Under the pieces are notes generated by a model. It was not told where the DNA came from. It saw only the letters and a program-made list of their open reading frames with translations, and ran no database searches. A stretch of 64,000 nucleotides of DNA from the human T2T-CHM13v2.0 reference genome, Homo sapiens: the NCBI RefSeq assembly GCF_009914755.1, contig NC_060926.1. The stretch is one strand, 5' to 3'. Below are positions 1 through 16,502 of this stretch, in pieces. Position numbers and translations under genes: made by a program. Each line of letters begins with the position of its first letter. Position 1 is the first letter of the stretch.

Positions 1-215
<215 letters not shown>

Positions 216-920
216 TTACTGATTAGCTTATTCAACATCTCTCTCTCTCTGTTATGTAGATAAAATTAATTCAGTTTTATGCTGAAGACATGTATTATTC
301 TTTATTGTTTAATTAAATATTAGATCTTGTGTTGTTCCAAAACAGATTTTACAATTGGTTATAAAGTACATACTAATCAGCAGGATAGACTGAAAGTGTT
401 ACCCAAAAAACAATCTTAAAAAGTGTAGGGTAACATATTACATTCTTAACCTAGTCTTGGATTACAGTAATCTGCTGATATATGTTTCATAAAGACATCG
501 AAAATGCTATCTTACAATGTAAATTATGTTTAGGGATACCTGCAATGAATGTTTCATGAAGATGAAAATGTATTTCTAGTGAATGTATCAACTTGTTTAT
601 AAAAAGTAACTTTATGTTAATTAACTCTAAATGATTCATCCTAATTGAGGAGTAATTACTGTGTGAAGAAAAGATGATTTTTATCTTGTAACTTTACTGA
701 ATAATTTTCAACATCCTTTTTCATAATATTTACTAGAGTTACTAGTAATAGAAACTTATGCAGGATGTTCTTTTATCAATACATTTCAACTTATACATGC
801 CCTTTGGATGAGATTGAGGTGAGAAATTAAAAACATGAGAACTAGAAAGAAAAATAGTATTTAAGAACATAGAAATTTTATTAGGATAATAAACCAACAT
901 ACGAATGTTTTATTTTCTAA

Positions 921-1673
921 TATCAACAAAGAGAGTCAAACTCTGTAAGATATTTGAAGAGATTTATTCTGAGCCAAACATGAGTGACCATGGCCCCCGA
1001 CACAGCCCTCAGGAGGTCCTGAGAACATGTGCCCAAGGTGGTTGGGTCGCAGCTTGGTTTTATACATTTTAGAGAAGCATGAGACAGCAATCAAATACAT
1101 GTAAGAAATACATTGGTTTGGTTCAGAAAGGCAGGCCAACTCAAAGCTGGGGCTTCCAGGCTGTAGGTAAATTTAAACATTTTCTGGTTGACAATTGGTT
1201 GAGTTTATTTGAAGACCTGGGATTAATGGAAAGAAATGTTCAGGTTAAGATAAATGATTGTGGAAACCAAGTTTTACTGTGCAGAGGAATCTCTCAGCAG
1301 ACTTCAGAGAGAGCAGATTGTAAAATGTTTCTTATCGGACCCAAAAGGGTGCCTGGCTCTCAGCTGAATATCCCCTGGATCTGCATAGAAAGGAAGGAAA
1401 ACAAAGGGGAAAGGGGGTTCTCTATAGAATGTGGATTTTTCCCACAAGAGACTTTGCAGGGCAATTTCAAGGCATGGCAAGGAAATATATTTTGGATTAA
1501 ATATTTTCTTCCTTGTCTCGTAAGGTTATGCCAGAGTCAGATTGAAAAGCAAGTCACAATATACAGGGTCAAATAAAACCCATCTGATGAGAATCCATGG
1601 TTTGTAGGGCACGACTCCCTGGACCCCTTAGGTAGGAATTTGGGTAAGATAAAAAATTAGAGCTTAGTCCTCA
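921..1673 (-). mobile_element. MER4-family (ERV1) solo LTR
   Basis: Reverse complement starts TGAGGACTAAGCTCTAATTTTTTATC, typical of MER4-group LTRs. Flanked by an imperfect 4-bp TSD (CTAA 917-920, CTGA 1674-1677). Confidence 0.8.
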
Positions 1674-1692
1674 CTGATAAGATAAATTCTAA

Positions 1693-1899
<207 letters not shown>

Positions 1900-3021
1900 T
1901 AATGTTTGGTAAAACTTCATATTTCTACTCTTATTAATATTACTTATACCATCTCTTTTGTTTAATGTACATTATTTAGGCCTGAACAATCCCCAAATTT
2001 TATTTCATCTTAAAAATGAATCATGGCATTTATAACTATAATTATTTATAATAAATCTTGAAATATTTTATTTTAGTTCAAAGGCCTTTTGAAAACAATG
2101 CTATTCTACAATATATACTTAATGATATTGTTAGTATTTTGTTCCTAGTGACATAGTTCAGCATATTTTCCCCTATTTCATATTAATTACATTTCGAATG
2201 TTATGGAAAAGGAATAAAAGTTATCACAATAGCAAATAATCTCATGATTTTCTAAGAAGAGCTTTATAGATTTAATTTTCTTGACTTTTGGTGTCTTGAA
2301 ATAAAAGATTATTTTTGTATGTATATATCTACCTCACAGAAGTTACTGATTTGATGGAAGAGCACTAGGAATAGAGTCAGAAAAGCTGGGAAAAATCCTG
2401 CAGCTTGCTTATATTTTTAACCTTTTGCTATAGAATTATAACTAAATGAGTTCATTGATTTGTGCGTGTAAAAGTGCTTAGTATAATGCCTAGACTTATC
2501 ATTTATCAATAAATGTCATTCTTAAAATTGACCATAACAATATTAGAAAAGTAGAATATCTATACAATATTTTAGAAAAAGAGAACTTAAAGAATTTGGA
2601 AAATGTCATTCATCTGTCCAAATATCTGCCAAGCTAAGGCTCTCACTATAGGGAGAGGTATAGTTTAGATGTTAGAGTGTAAACCCAATTTTTTAATGTG
2701 GTCATAGTTATTAATTCTTTATGCCTTGCAATTTGTTGTAATTCAGTAAAAGCCTTTTTTTATCCTGAAATTTAAAAAAATTATCTAGTGGTTTCTTTTT
2801 TGCTTTCATGGATTCACTGTCTTCAAATAAACTTTTGAACTTTGGGGAATTTATGCTGTATGAGGTTTGAGGTTTTGACTCAACTTCTTTTTTCCCAGTT
2901 AGATATCCAGTTATGGCAACCTCTCATTGTATAAATGTTCGGGTTATTATTTAATTTCAGAAGCAATCACAATATGTTATCCTATTGGATACTAGTTACA
3001 AGTTTGCTTTGTTTTACTTAG

Positions 3022-3978
<957 letters not shown>

Positions 3979-5304
3979 TAAAATTTAAAGTAATATTTGG
4001 TTACAGCTGAATGTTGGATCTAGTTGAATATAAAAAAGGATACATATGATAAATATATCTGCTTAGAAACATTCCTTGTCTCCAGCAAGTCAAAGTTAGA
4101 ACTGAGAGATGCTTTCCTCTGATTAAAGTTAATGTGTCACTTATAAAATTTTAAGTTTTAAAATGTTAATATAGACTAACATTAATAATGTAGTCTTATA
4201 CTGCTGAAATAATAATTTTAATGTATTTATGTTGCAACATTTTAAGACCATGATAAATCAGGTATATGGAAATGCTCATACCTAAAATGGTATTTTGAAA
4301 TTGATTCAATTAAGTGGGGTACTTTGACAGTGAATTTCAGATTTCCTAGATGAACTGAAGTGTATTCCCTATTTCATAATTACTTTTCTTCAGTAGCTTT
4401 AAATATGTCTTAGTTGGTAAAATTTTGTTTTTCTTCATGTCAATTTGACTTAAATCTGAAACTATTTCAATCTCAAATTATGTATAGATATGATCATTCT
4501 ATTCTTTCAAGGCATCTAATTTTACTTCTATTATAATATGGGGAAAATGCAGTAAATTTTAGCCAAATCATGTTTGATTTAATCTTCCCACTGACATTTA
4601 TAATTTACTTTCAGTTTTTAAATAAAAAATTTGCTCATAATTTTTATTTCAAGGCTCAATTACTATCATTTGGATATAACTTTGTCCAGGACAAAGAGAG
4701 GCATAGCTATCTGTGATTTATTAGTTTGACACTGGATCCCCATTCTCAGACTAAGGAGGATTTCAGACTAACGAGGAGTGGCAGGATTCACGTAGAGTAG
4801 GAATGGAGTGAGTACGGAGGAGAGATATAGCAGCTGAGTCAGGGCGGGAGGTGGAGGGCGGGTTACTTAGAGCATCTAAGGCCACTGGAATTTTACTTTT
4901 CTTCTGAGATAGACATCTATTGGAAGGATTTAAGCAGATGATTTAATGTGAGGAACTCTGAGGTTGATTTGAGTTTCTAATTTAAAAAAAGAGGGAAATC
5001 ATTCCACAATGTATAATTTACTACCGTCAGTCTCACCCACATACTCATTTCTTTTTGAGACTTCAGAAGGTTTTTAAGCATTGCAGATTCATCAAGGGAG
5101 GAATGACTAGTGGGCTGAATATGTTGTGTGAATAACAATACCAGTTTGGCAGGAAGATAACACCTTCTGTATCCTTAACTGGATTCAGTAATACACAGGA
5201 ATGTGTACACATGAGGAAAAGAAGGTGAATCGGTCTGTGTGGTGATATTTTTCAAAGCGTATGCTTTAGAGTTAAATATTATTAATGGTTTAATAATAAG
5301 GTGA

Positions 5305-5532
<228 letters not shown>

Positions 5533-6676
5533 TAGCTAGTTAACTAATATAAAGTGTTTTGGGGTACTAATTTTAGTGGATGGCTTTCTTTTGTATTTTT
5601 ATGATAATTAATGTTATTAAAATTTTATAGTGGATGGCTTTCTTCTGTATTTTCCTTATTATTAATTTTATTAAGATTTTATTATAATGCACCTATATCT
5701 TAATCTCTGGCTTTCATTCTGCCATTTTTTATACATATATTTTTTTCTTAAATATTTAACCTTAGGAAAGTTGAGAATTATGCATCATTTCTCACAGAAA
5801 TTGAGAGAGTTTTTTTCCTGTTAAACGTCTATTTTTAATGATTTCTCTATTGGCATGGTGAGGCAAGCCAGATTAATTCAGAGGATAATGTCTAATGGAA
5901 TGTTTCAGAAAATTATCTTCTTTTTAGTCTCTACTTTTCTGAATGTATAAAGAACCTGTGTATACTTATTTCATAGATTTCAGGTTAATTTGTTCAGAAA
6001 GGCCATTTTACTGAATAAATTTTTATTTCGATGAAAATCGTTACTCCTTTTGTATTGGGCTCAGAGAGCACACTCTGTCTCTATATGAATATGGACAGTT
6101 CGCATTTGCCAACATGTATCTATTTTCTCTTATTTGTAGAAAAAGCTAAACTAAAAAGGGGGTTATAGAAGGTCAGCAAAGGATGGGTTTGAGATGTTTG
6201 GGTTGGTTAAGTGGGCATTTAGACAACAGGGCTTCTCCTTTGGCATGTTTAATGGACACCTTTGCAGTTTAAGATGATGCTTTTAAATTACTTCTCTCCT
6301 AATGATGACCTGAGTCCTGCTATTCAATGGGAGAGTCAATAATATCCTGTAGGATCTTATTTGGAACTGACTTTGTCGATTTTAATTTTGTTCCTGCTTG
6401 TTTTTAAATTTTCTTGTTGTTTCCCTAGAAAGAAAAGATGACGCTTAGTTTTAAATATTTAAAAATGTGCAAGTTGCTTTGCTATAATAAAACTAAATGC
6501 ATACATACAAAAAATAAAATTATAGTTGATGTGGTAGTGTTTGGAATTCAAAATATAAATGCTTAGCCTGATGTAATCCTTTATCTTTCCACATTTTACC
6601 AGTTTGTAAGTTTGAGTATTTAACTGATAAAATGTAATTCAAAAGCAAGAAGAATGTTGTGTTTTAGTCCTAGAGC

Positions 6677-6855
6677 AGGGGTCTGTGAACTTTTCTGTAA
6701 AGGGCCAGATAGTATTATTTAAGGCTTTGTGAGCCATAAGATCCTTGTTGCAATAACTCAGCCCTGCAGTTACAGCACAAAAGTAGCCATGAACAATATG
6801 CAGACTGAAGGGGTGTAGCAGTGTCCCACTAAAATTAATTACAAAAAACAGGTAA
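6677..6855 (+). mobile_element. MER58-like (hAT-Charlie) DNA transposon fossil
   Basis: CAGGGGTCTGTGAACTTTTCTGTAAAGGGCCAGATAGTA resembles the MER58 5' end. Confidence 0.7.
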
Positions 6856-7005
6856 TGGGATGACTTCTCCTAGATTATGACCTTTTATAAATAAAAAAGA
6901 TTCTGATAGTCTAAAATATTTTATATACATTTTGTTGATTCATTCATCTACTGATGGACATTTAGGTCATTTCCAAATGTAATTTTTTAAAATTCTTTGT
7001 TTTAG

Positions 7006-7076
7006 TTTCAAGAAATACAGGATCAACTTACAGCTACTATAAGATGTACTAAGGAGATGGAAGGCGACGCACAAAA
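7006..7076 (+). CDS. ANKRD36C: ANKRD36-family coding exon (71 nt): FQEIQDQLTATIRCTKEMEGDAQ(K)
   Basis: TTTGTTTTAG acceptor, AA|GTAAAA donor, phase-2 end matches the next exon. Confidence 0.85.
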
Positions 7077-7400
7077 GTAAAATTTGAAGCAGCACACAAA
7101 ATAACTTGAGTATTTATAAAGCAAAGGAGCACTGTAGTATGAAAATTGTATCAGTTATGATAATTAGTATGTCTTTGTGAAGCCAAAAAAGTTTCATCTG
7201 TAAGCTATATTGACATACATCATTTTTCTACATTATTCCTAAATTTTGCATATTATCAACAAAACACAGGTAGAAAAATGACACAGTAGCCCAATCGTCT
7301 ACTTTTGTGATTGCTAAGAATTTGTGTAATTATACCTTCAGAAGTTTGTTTAGAATTTACATGATTTAAAAACAATTATGTGTGAGAGTAATTATTTTAA

Positions 7401-7514
<114 letters not shown>

Positions 7515-7566
7515 TGATTTCTTAATTTCTGTCATACTGAAAAGGAATTTTATTTTTCCAGTAGGA

Positions 7567-7915
7567 CGGGTTAAATATCCCTTGTCCAAAATGCTTGGGG
7601 CCAAAAGTAGATTTTTTTCAGATTTTGGAATATTTGCATATACCTAATGAAATATCTTGCGGATGGTACCTGAGTCTAAACATGAAATTCATTTATGTTT
7701 CATATATACCTTATGCACATAGCCTGAAGGTAATTCTCTACAATGTTTTACAGTAATTTTTTGCAGGTAAGAAAGTTTTTACTGTTTTCCCCAGAGCCTG
7801 TCACATGAGGTCAGGTGTGGAATGTTGCAGTTGTGGTGTCATGTCCGTGCTCAAAAAGTTTCAGATTGTAGAGCATTTTGGATTTCAGATTTTTAGATTA
7901 GGGATGATCAATCTA
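7567..7915 (+). mobile_element. Tigger4/MER46-like DNA transposon fossil
   Basis: ATCCCTTGTCCAAAATGCTTGGGGCCAAAAG...TTCAGATTTTGGAATATTTGCATATAC matches the Tigger4 consensus as recalled. Confidence 0.75.
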
Positions 7916-8006
7916 CAGTACAGATGCTCCTTGACTTACAGTGGGTTTACATGATAATGTCTCTTGTTTGACTGAAACATTATAAGTAATATTTGATTTA
8001 TTTCAG

Positions 8007-8030
8007 ATGCTGCAGGTGTTTGAGAGCTAG
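8007..8030 (+). CDS. ANKRD36C: ANKRD36-family terminal coding exon: MLQVFES*
   Basis: ATTTCAG acceptor, ATGCTGCAGGTGTTTGAGAGCTAG in frame with the previous exon. MLQVFES is the ANKRD36 C-terminus as I recall it. Confidence 0.8.
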   Translation: MLQVFES

Positions 8031-8083
8031 ATGAAGGTATGTTGCCAAAATTTATGAATTAAATTCCAATCATTGATTTCTGA

Positions 8084-8135
8084 AATAAACTCTAAGTAGT
8101 GAACGGTATTCCCTCTCAATTGCTTGGTTAATAAA
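8084..8135 (+). terminator. Polyadenylation signals AATAAA (8084-8089 and 8130-8135) of the ANKRD36 3'UTR
   Basis: Two canonical hexamers 54 and 100 nt after the stop codon. Confidence 0.55.
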
Positions 8136-9233
8136 TGCTACATTAAATATTTTTTCTTACACACATCTAGTGAAAGATGTGAAAACATAAACATTCATAG
8201 TGAAGGGTAATACTTATGCTTTGTTAATTCATCATGTTCCATAGCTTTAAAAAATCGCAAGAAGTCTGTGTATCCCTTTTTTTCTGGCCCTACACTTTTC
8301 TTCTGCCACCCCTATAGAACTATCAGCCTGCAAACTGAAACTGTTCTCACAAAACAAAGGCATCGTCAACTTCTCAAGGTTAAGGTAGTGATTTAAGGCT
8401 AACAGACCCCACACTCGTGATAATAATTAGTTAAGCAATTACAGGTCACAAGCAGTCACTTGACCAGTGACATTTTAAATCTCTAGTCATTGACTTTGTC
8501 ATTGGTTTACTTTTGCCCGTGGGAAAAGTTGAAAATTCCTTAGCATGGAATCAAAACTCTCACATCAGTGTGGTTCTTGTCAAGTTATTCAGCCTTATCT
8601 TTCGCCACTTACCATACTCTGCACCTTTGTTCTAGCATCCAGCCAAACTAGACTACATGGAGCTCCACAGTGATCGTCTTCACCTCCAGCTGTTTGCATT
8701 TACTTCTTCCCTCTATCCTACATGTGTTTTCCTTCCCCTTCAGATATCAACCTATGAATTGCCTCTACCAAAAAGCCTACAATATTGACACAAACCTGGG
8801 CTAGTATCCCTTCTATGTCTTCCAATAAGTGCTGTCTTATGCCTGTCATTGTATGTATGACTCTGTACGGGAATTGCCTGTTTGTTTTTTCAGATTATAG
8901 CATACAGTTGTTGAGGGGTGGACTGTATCATCTTTATCTTGTAATTCCAGTGCTTGTCCTAGTACCTTAGCACATGGTTGCTGAATACATGAATGAAGAG
9001 TGAGAAACCAGAAGCTCTGATACTTAACTGCCATGATAATGAATTCAGTGTGCAACTATGGGCAAATTATATTTAATAGTAATTGCATATTGTACATATT
9101 TTTCATTCTTATTAACACTGATAAACTTTTCAACATATACTGACTTTCTCTTAGTTAACTGTGAAATCATTTAGATAAAGAATATAATTCTTTTTCATTG
9201 TAACTTCTGAATTTAAATCTGAATCCTCTATAG

Positions 9234-9758
9234 CAGGGGTCCCCAACCCCCAGGTCACAGACAGGTCCATGACCTGTTAGGAACCAGGCTGCACAGCAGG
9301 AGGTGAGTGGCAGGCAAGCGAGTGAAGCTTCATCTGTATTTCCAGCCACTGCCCGTTGCTCACATTATCACCTGAGCTCTGCCTCCTGTCAGATCAGCAA
9401 AGCCATTAGATTCTCACAGGAGTGAAAATCCTATTGTGAACTGCACGTTCAAGGGATCTAGGTCACATGCTCCTTATGAGACTCTAATGCCTGATGATAT
9501 GTCATTGTCTCCTTTCTCTTCACGATGGGACCATCTAGTTACAGAAAAACAAGCTCAGGACTCCCATTGATTCTCCATTATGATGAGTTGTGTAATTATT
9601 TCATTATGTATTACAATGTAGTAATAATAGGAATAAAGTGCACAATAGATGTAATACGCTTGAATCACCATCCTGAAACCATCCCCCAAACCCCCATCTG
9701 TGGAAAAATTATCTTTCACAAAACTGCTGCCTGGTGCCAAAAAGGCTGGGGACTGCTG
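9234..9758 (+). mobile_element. MER1A (hAT-Charlie) non-autonomous DNA transposon, full length
   Basis: Termini CAGGGGTCCCCAACC and GGCTGGGGACTGCTG. Perfect 8-bp TSD CTCTATAG at 9226-9233 and 9759-9766. Confidence 0.9.
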
Positions 9759-9842
9759 CTCTATAGCTTCTGCACTAGAATCTACTAATGAGTAAAATCT
9801 AAATCAATACCTAGTTTTAAAAGCATAACAAGAATATGTGCT

Positions 9843-10141
9843 GTCTGGCTGCAGTGGCTCATGCCTGTATTCTCAGCACTTTGGGAGGCCAGTGCAGGTG
9901 GACCACTTGAGGTCAGGAGTTCAAGACCAGCCTGGCCAATATGGTGAAATCCTGTCTCTACTAAAAACACAAAAATTAGCTGGGTGTGGTGGTGCATGCC
10001 TGTAGTCTCAGCTACTCGGGAAGCTGAGGTGGGAGAATCACTTGAACCCGGGAGGCAGAGGTTTCAGTGAGCCAAGATCATGCCACTGCACTCCAGCCTG
10101 AGCAACAGAGTGACTCCATCTCAAATGCAAAACAAAACAGA
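9843..10141 (+). mobile_element. AluS full length
   Basis: Alu dimer with A-rich tail and TSD AAGAATA(T/C)GTGCT. Confidence 0.93.
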
Positions 10142-10307
10142 AAGAATACGTGCTGACAAAAAAAATCTAAAAGACAATAAAATTGTATTACTAGGCTGTT
10201 AACATGATATTTTGTTTCCCATTAAATGTGTGACATGCAAAAGTATTTATTAAATGAAAATATTTTTGTATCTTTTATGTCTGATGAAAATTTATATCAT
10301 GTTTTAA

Positions 10308-10629
<322 letters not shown>

Positions 10630-13600
10630 TGAAAATCTTACTACCTAAATAACTTCCCACTCCACTCACACCCACAATCTTTCTATAATCCACATTCTCT
10701 CCTGAGACAAGAGCTTGGGAAGTTCCGTCTTTCTGAGAGAACTTTATATTGTTCAGGAATTCTTTAATAAGCTTTTACACCGTTGGGGAAACCAGGGAAA
10801 AGCAGGTTTGTCACTGCTTTGCTGAGGAGCAGACTCACATGCTTTGGAAGAATTTAGTAAACCTTCAATAGATGGCCTAAGATACTAACAGGGGCCATCT
10901 CATTAAGCTACACAGTTATTTATAAATGAAAGTATAATCTAGAACTTACATGTCAAAGTCTTCCACTACAAAGATGGCAATATTTGACTAAAACTGCAAT
11001 GTTTGTCCCAGTTAACAAAACTCTAATCAAGCCCCTGCCCTTCTCATTCTGTTTTTCCTTTTAAACTTTTTTTATATTTTAATTTTTCATTTGACAAATG
11101 CATATTTCCTCTTTATACCATGCTTCCAAGTGTCACTCTGATACATACCTTCAATGACCAGACACAGGATTGTGGAGTTTGTTGTGGACACTCATCCCAT
11201 GAATAGGGAGACTCCGATAACCTGAACAGAAAGCTCTGAAAAGAAAGGAAACTTTCTTTTCCGTCCATACAGAGCTTCCCCCCATTATTTCAGTGTACAC
11301 AAACCAACATCAGTTCTTTAACACAAAAATAAAAATACTCAAGATCAAGCAATTGTGAGGGAAATCATCTTTCCAGAAGTCAATTCTTCTAGCGGTTACC
11401 TTCAGCATATACTACATGAATGAAAAGAAGTTGGTCAAACGAGTAAAACTTTCCCACCTCATTCCATTTCTGTCTACCCATTGACAACACCTTCGGTCTT
11501 CTCACAAATATTGAGTAGAAACACTGCCAACTCTTCACCTTTATCTGGCTCATTCCCAGAGCCAGGAGAAGATGTGATTTATTTGGTGGATGGGAAATCT
11601 TATCCATTGGTCCCATCAAATCCATTGGTCCACGTTTGCCTATTAGTAAGGCAAACTTACTCAGTGATCAATGAGTACATCTAGTCTCTCTTTCTCCTCT
11701 GGATTCTGAACAGGAGAAGTGGAAGGCAGGTGAAGACCCTCCCTGCACTGGGTGGGTAACTGACTGTTCTTCAGATGAACTTTTTTTTGTTCAGGTTCTA
11801 AAGTCAAGGCTAGGGGGCAATATTAGAAGTCTTTTTTGGTCAACATTAAGCCATAGTTTCTAAATCAGCTTTAGGAGGAATAATGTATTTGGATATTGAT
11901 CTGACCTCTTGTTTTTATTTCTAAGTTTGTTTGGCACTGAAAAAGGAGAGGTTTGTTATCAATCCACACCCCTAATGCCCTGACATCCATGAATCCGTTT
12001 TAGTGGAATCCAGATCTCTAAGAAAGAGATATAAAATATTTGTTCCTATCCAACTGTGATTAATATATTTCCAACTATGTTGCTGTCTGTAAGTAGAGTC
12101 TGCATACGTGTTTCTGGTTCATATATGCCTAGGGTTCCAGAGCATTACATTTCCATCAAAATGTAGATCCCAAGAATGCCAGAGAGGGTCAGGCCGAGGA
12201 TAGAACAGACAGTGATTTTCAGATACTGCAGTAGGAAGGTGGATCCACCTCTTGGCTTACTTGTAACCATGAAGTGTGGGAAAGTAATGACCAGATTGAG
12301 TAAATGACCAGAAATTCAAAACTAAGCCACAAGAAATTTGTCTATTTCTGCTTTTGTTGACTGCTATCAGGGTTACATCAAAAACAGTATTGCTGAGACC
12401 AGTGTTGTGGAGCTTTAACTCTATGTTTTCTTCTAGTAATTTTACAGTTCAGGCCTTCTATTTAAATCTTCATTTGGAGTTGATATTAGTATATGGTGTA
12501 AGTTAAGGGACTAACTTTATTTTTCCTGTGGATATTCAGTTTTCTCAACACCATTTGTAGAACAGACTATCCTTTAACCATTGTATGTCCTTGGCACCTT
12601 TGTCAAAGATAAGTTGACTGTGTGTGGGTTTATTTCTGGGTTTTCCATTTTGTTTAGCCAGTTTGTCCATTTATATGCCACTACCATGCTATTTGGATTA
12701 CAATTGTTTTACAATATGTAATAAAATTAGGTAGCAGGCTGTCTCTAGCTTTGTTCTTTTTGCTCAAGATTATTTTGTCTATTTTAGGTCTGTTCAATAC
12801 AAATGTCAAGATTTTTTTCCATTTCTGTAAAAGAATGGCATTGGAATTTTGATAGTGATTGCATCAAATATGTTGCTTTTGGTATTTTGTTCATTATCAC
12901 AATATTAATTCATCCCATCCACAAGCATGAATTTTTTTTTTTCATTTACTTGTGTTTTTAAATTTTTGTTCATTGGTGTTTTATAGTTTTTCATATACAG
13001 GACTTTTAATTTTTTGCTTAAATTTACACCTAAGTATTTAATTTCTGTTGCTATCGTACTTGGGATTTTTTAAAAATTTCTTCAGGTAGTTTGTTATTTG
13101 TATACAGAAACACTTCTGATCTTTGTTAGATTATTTTGTATCCTGAAACCTTATTGAATTCATGCATCAGTTCTAACAGTTTTTGGTGGAATATTTAGGG
13201 TTTTCTGTATACAGGATCATGTTGTCTGCAATTAGAGATAATTTCACATTTCTTTTCTGAGTAGGATGCTTTTCTTTTCTTTTCTTGTCTAATTGTTCTG
13301 CCTAGGAATTCCACTGTTAACGATGAAAAGAAGTGGTGAGAGTGGTCATCATTGTGTTGTCCCTGAACATGGAGGAAAAGCTTTCAACTTTTCACGTTGA
13401 GAATAACATTAGCTAAGAGCTTGTCATACATGGTTCTTTTTTGTGTCGAGATACATTTTCTGTACACTTGTTTTGTTGAGAGCTTTCATCATGAAAAGGT
13501 TTTAAATTTTGTCATGTGCTTTTTCTGCATGTATTCAGAGAATCGTACGATTTTTGTCTTTGACTTTGTTCATGCATTTTATCACATGTATTCATATGCA

Positions 13601-13951
13601 TATGTTGAAACCAACTTGCATCCAAAGGATGAATCCCACTTGATCATGGTGAATGATTCCATTCATATATTCTTAAATTTGGTTGCTAATGTTTTGTTGA
13701 AGATTTTTGCATCAGGGTTCATTACTGACATTGGCCTAGTATTTTCGTCTCTTGTAGTGTCCTTGTCTGTCTTTGGTATCAGAATGATGGTAGCCTAATA
13801 AAATGAGTTTGGAAGTATTTCCTCTATTTCACTTTTTTGAAAGAGTTTGAGAGTAATTTTTATTAGTTCTTTAAAGGTTTGTCAGAATTTAGCAGTGAAG
13901 CCTTCTGGTCCTATGCTTTTCTTTCATGGGAGGCTTTTAATTTCTGCTTCA

Positions 13952-14248
<297 letters not shown>

Positions 14249-16060
14249 GGAAATTCTGCTTCAATTTCCTTATTATTTATTAGTCCATTCAGATTTTCTG
14301 TTTCTTCTTGATTCAGTCTTGGTAAGTTGTATATTTGTGGAAATGTTTTTATTTCTTCTATGTTATCCAAATTGTTGGCATACAAATGTTCATTATATGA
14401 ACAATTGTAATCCTTTGTATTTTAGAGTTAAGTTGTATTTTCTCCTATTTCATTTCTGATCTTATTTGTTGGAATAGTCCTTTTTCTAGTTAGTCTAGAT
14501 ACGGATTGGTTGATTTTGTTTATCGCCTTAAAAAGAAGTTCAGTATTAATTCTTTCCATTGGGTTTCTCATATCTATTTTATTTATTTCCACTTTAATCT
14601 TTGCTATTTTCTTATTTCTGCTAATTCTTGGCTTTGTTTCTCATCTAGTTCATTGAGGTATAATGATTTATTTAACTACATTCTATAAGTTTTGGTATGT
14701 TGTGTTTTCATTTTTGTGTGTCTTAAAATACGTTTTTTAATTTTTTCTGTAACTCATGGGCCATTTATTAATATGTTAAATTTTGCCATTTTATGTATTT
14801 TTCAAGATTTCTTGTGTTACTGATTTCTAGCTTTATGCCATTGGGATGCAAAAATTTTCTTTCTATAATTCAATTCTCTAATATTTGTTAAGATCTGTTT
14901 TGTGGCCTAACATATGATATATACTGGAGAATGTTCCACTCACATTTCAGAAGAACAGGTACACTTCTGCTGTTGGATAGGATGTTCTGGGTATATCTGT
15001 TAGATCCAGTTGCTCCAAAGTATAATTCAAATCTAATGTTTCTTAATTTATTATCTTTCTAAATGATCTTTCCATGGTTGAAATTGGGGTATTGAGGTCT
15101 CCTACTATTATAGTATTGCAGTATATTTTTCTCATGAGATTATTTAATAATTGCTTTATGAATTTAGGTCTTGTGACCTTGAGTGCATATATATTTACAA
15201 GTATTATGTCTTCGTGATGAATTAACTCCTTTATCATTATGCAGTGAACCGTATCTCTTTTATAGGTTTTGACTTAGTTTATTTCTTTTAATAATAAGTA
15301 TAGCTCCCCTGCTCTATTTTAGTTTGCATTTGCATGGAATATCTTTTTTCATCTTTTCAGTTTCAGCCTATATATGTCTTGACTGGTAAAGTGAGTCTCT
15401 TGTAGGCAGCACATGATTGAATCTTGTTTTTTATTCTATCCATTGAGATGCTCTATGTCCTTTTATTTGACAATGTAATGCACTTACTATCAAGGTAATT
15501 ATTTATAGGGAAGGACTTGCTACTGCCACTTTGTAATTTTTTTTCTGATTGTTTTATGAGTTCTTTGTTCCCTTTTTCTCTCTTGCTGAACTATTTTATA
15601 GCTTGATGGCTTTCTGTGGTGGTATGCTTTAAAATTTTGGATAAATTGCAAAATAAACTTTTTTATTTTGTGCAGTTATGATAGGTTTTGTTTTGTGGTT
15701 ATCATGAAACTTACCTAAAATATCATATTCTTATAACAAACTACTCTAACAACTTCTGATAGCAACTTCTCTTTAATTGCATCCAAAAGTCTACATTTTC
15801 ATTCTCTCTCCCATACAATTGTACAATTTTGTCAAAACTTACCCTTTTATTTCATATTTATATACCTTAACAATTTATTGTAGCTACAGTTATTTTCAGT
15901 ACCTTTGTCTGCTAACCCTACTAGTAGGGATAAAATTGCTTTACAAACCACCCTTAGAATATTACAGCATTTTAAGCATGACTGTGTATTACTGATAGCA
16001 TTGAAGCTTTTTACTTTTATATGTTTTTTTCTTACTATTTAGGCTTTTATTTCAATGTAA

Positions 16061-16502
<442 letters not shown>

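Noticed and set aside
1079-1576. 165-aa ORF
   Set aside because: Lies wholly within the antisense MER4-type LTR and resembles no protein I recognise.
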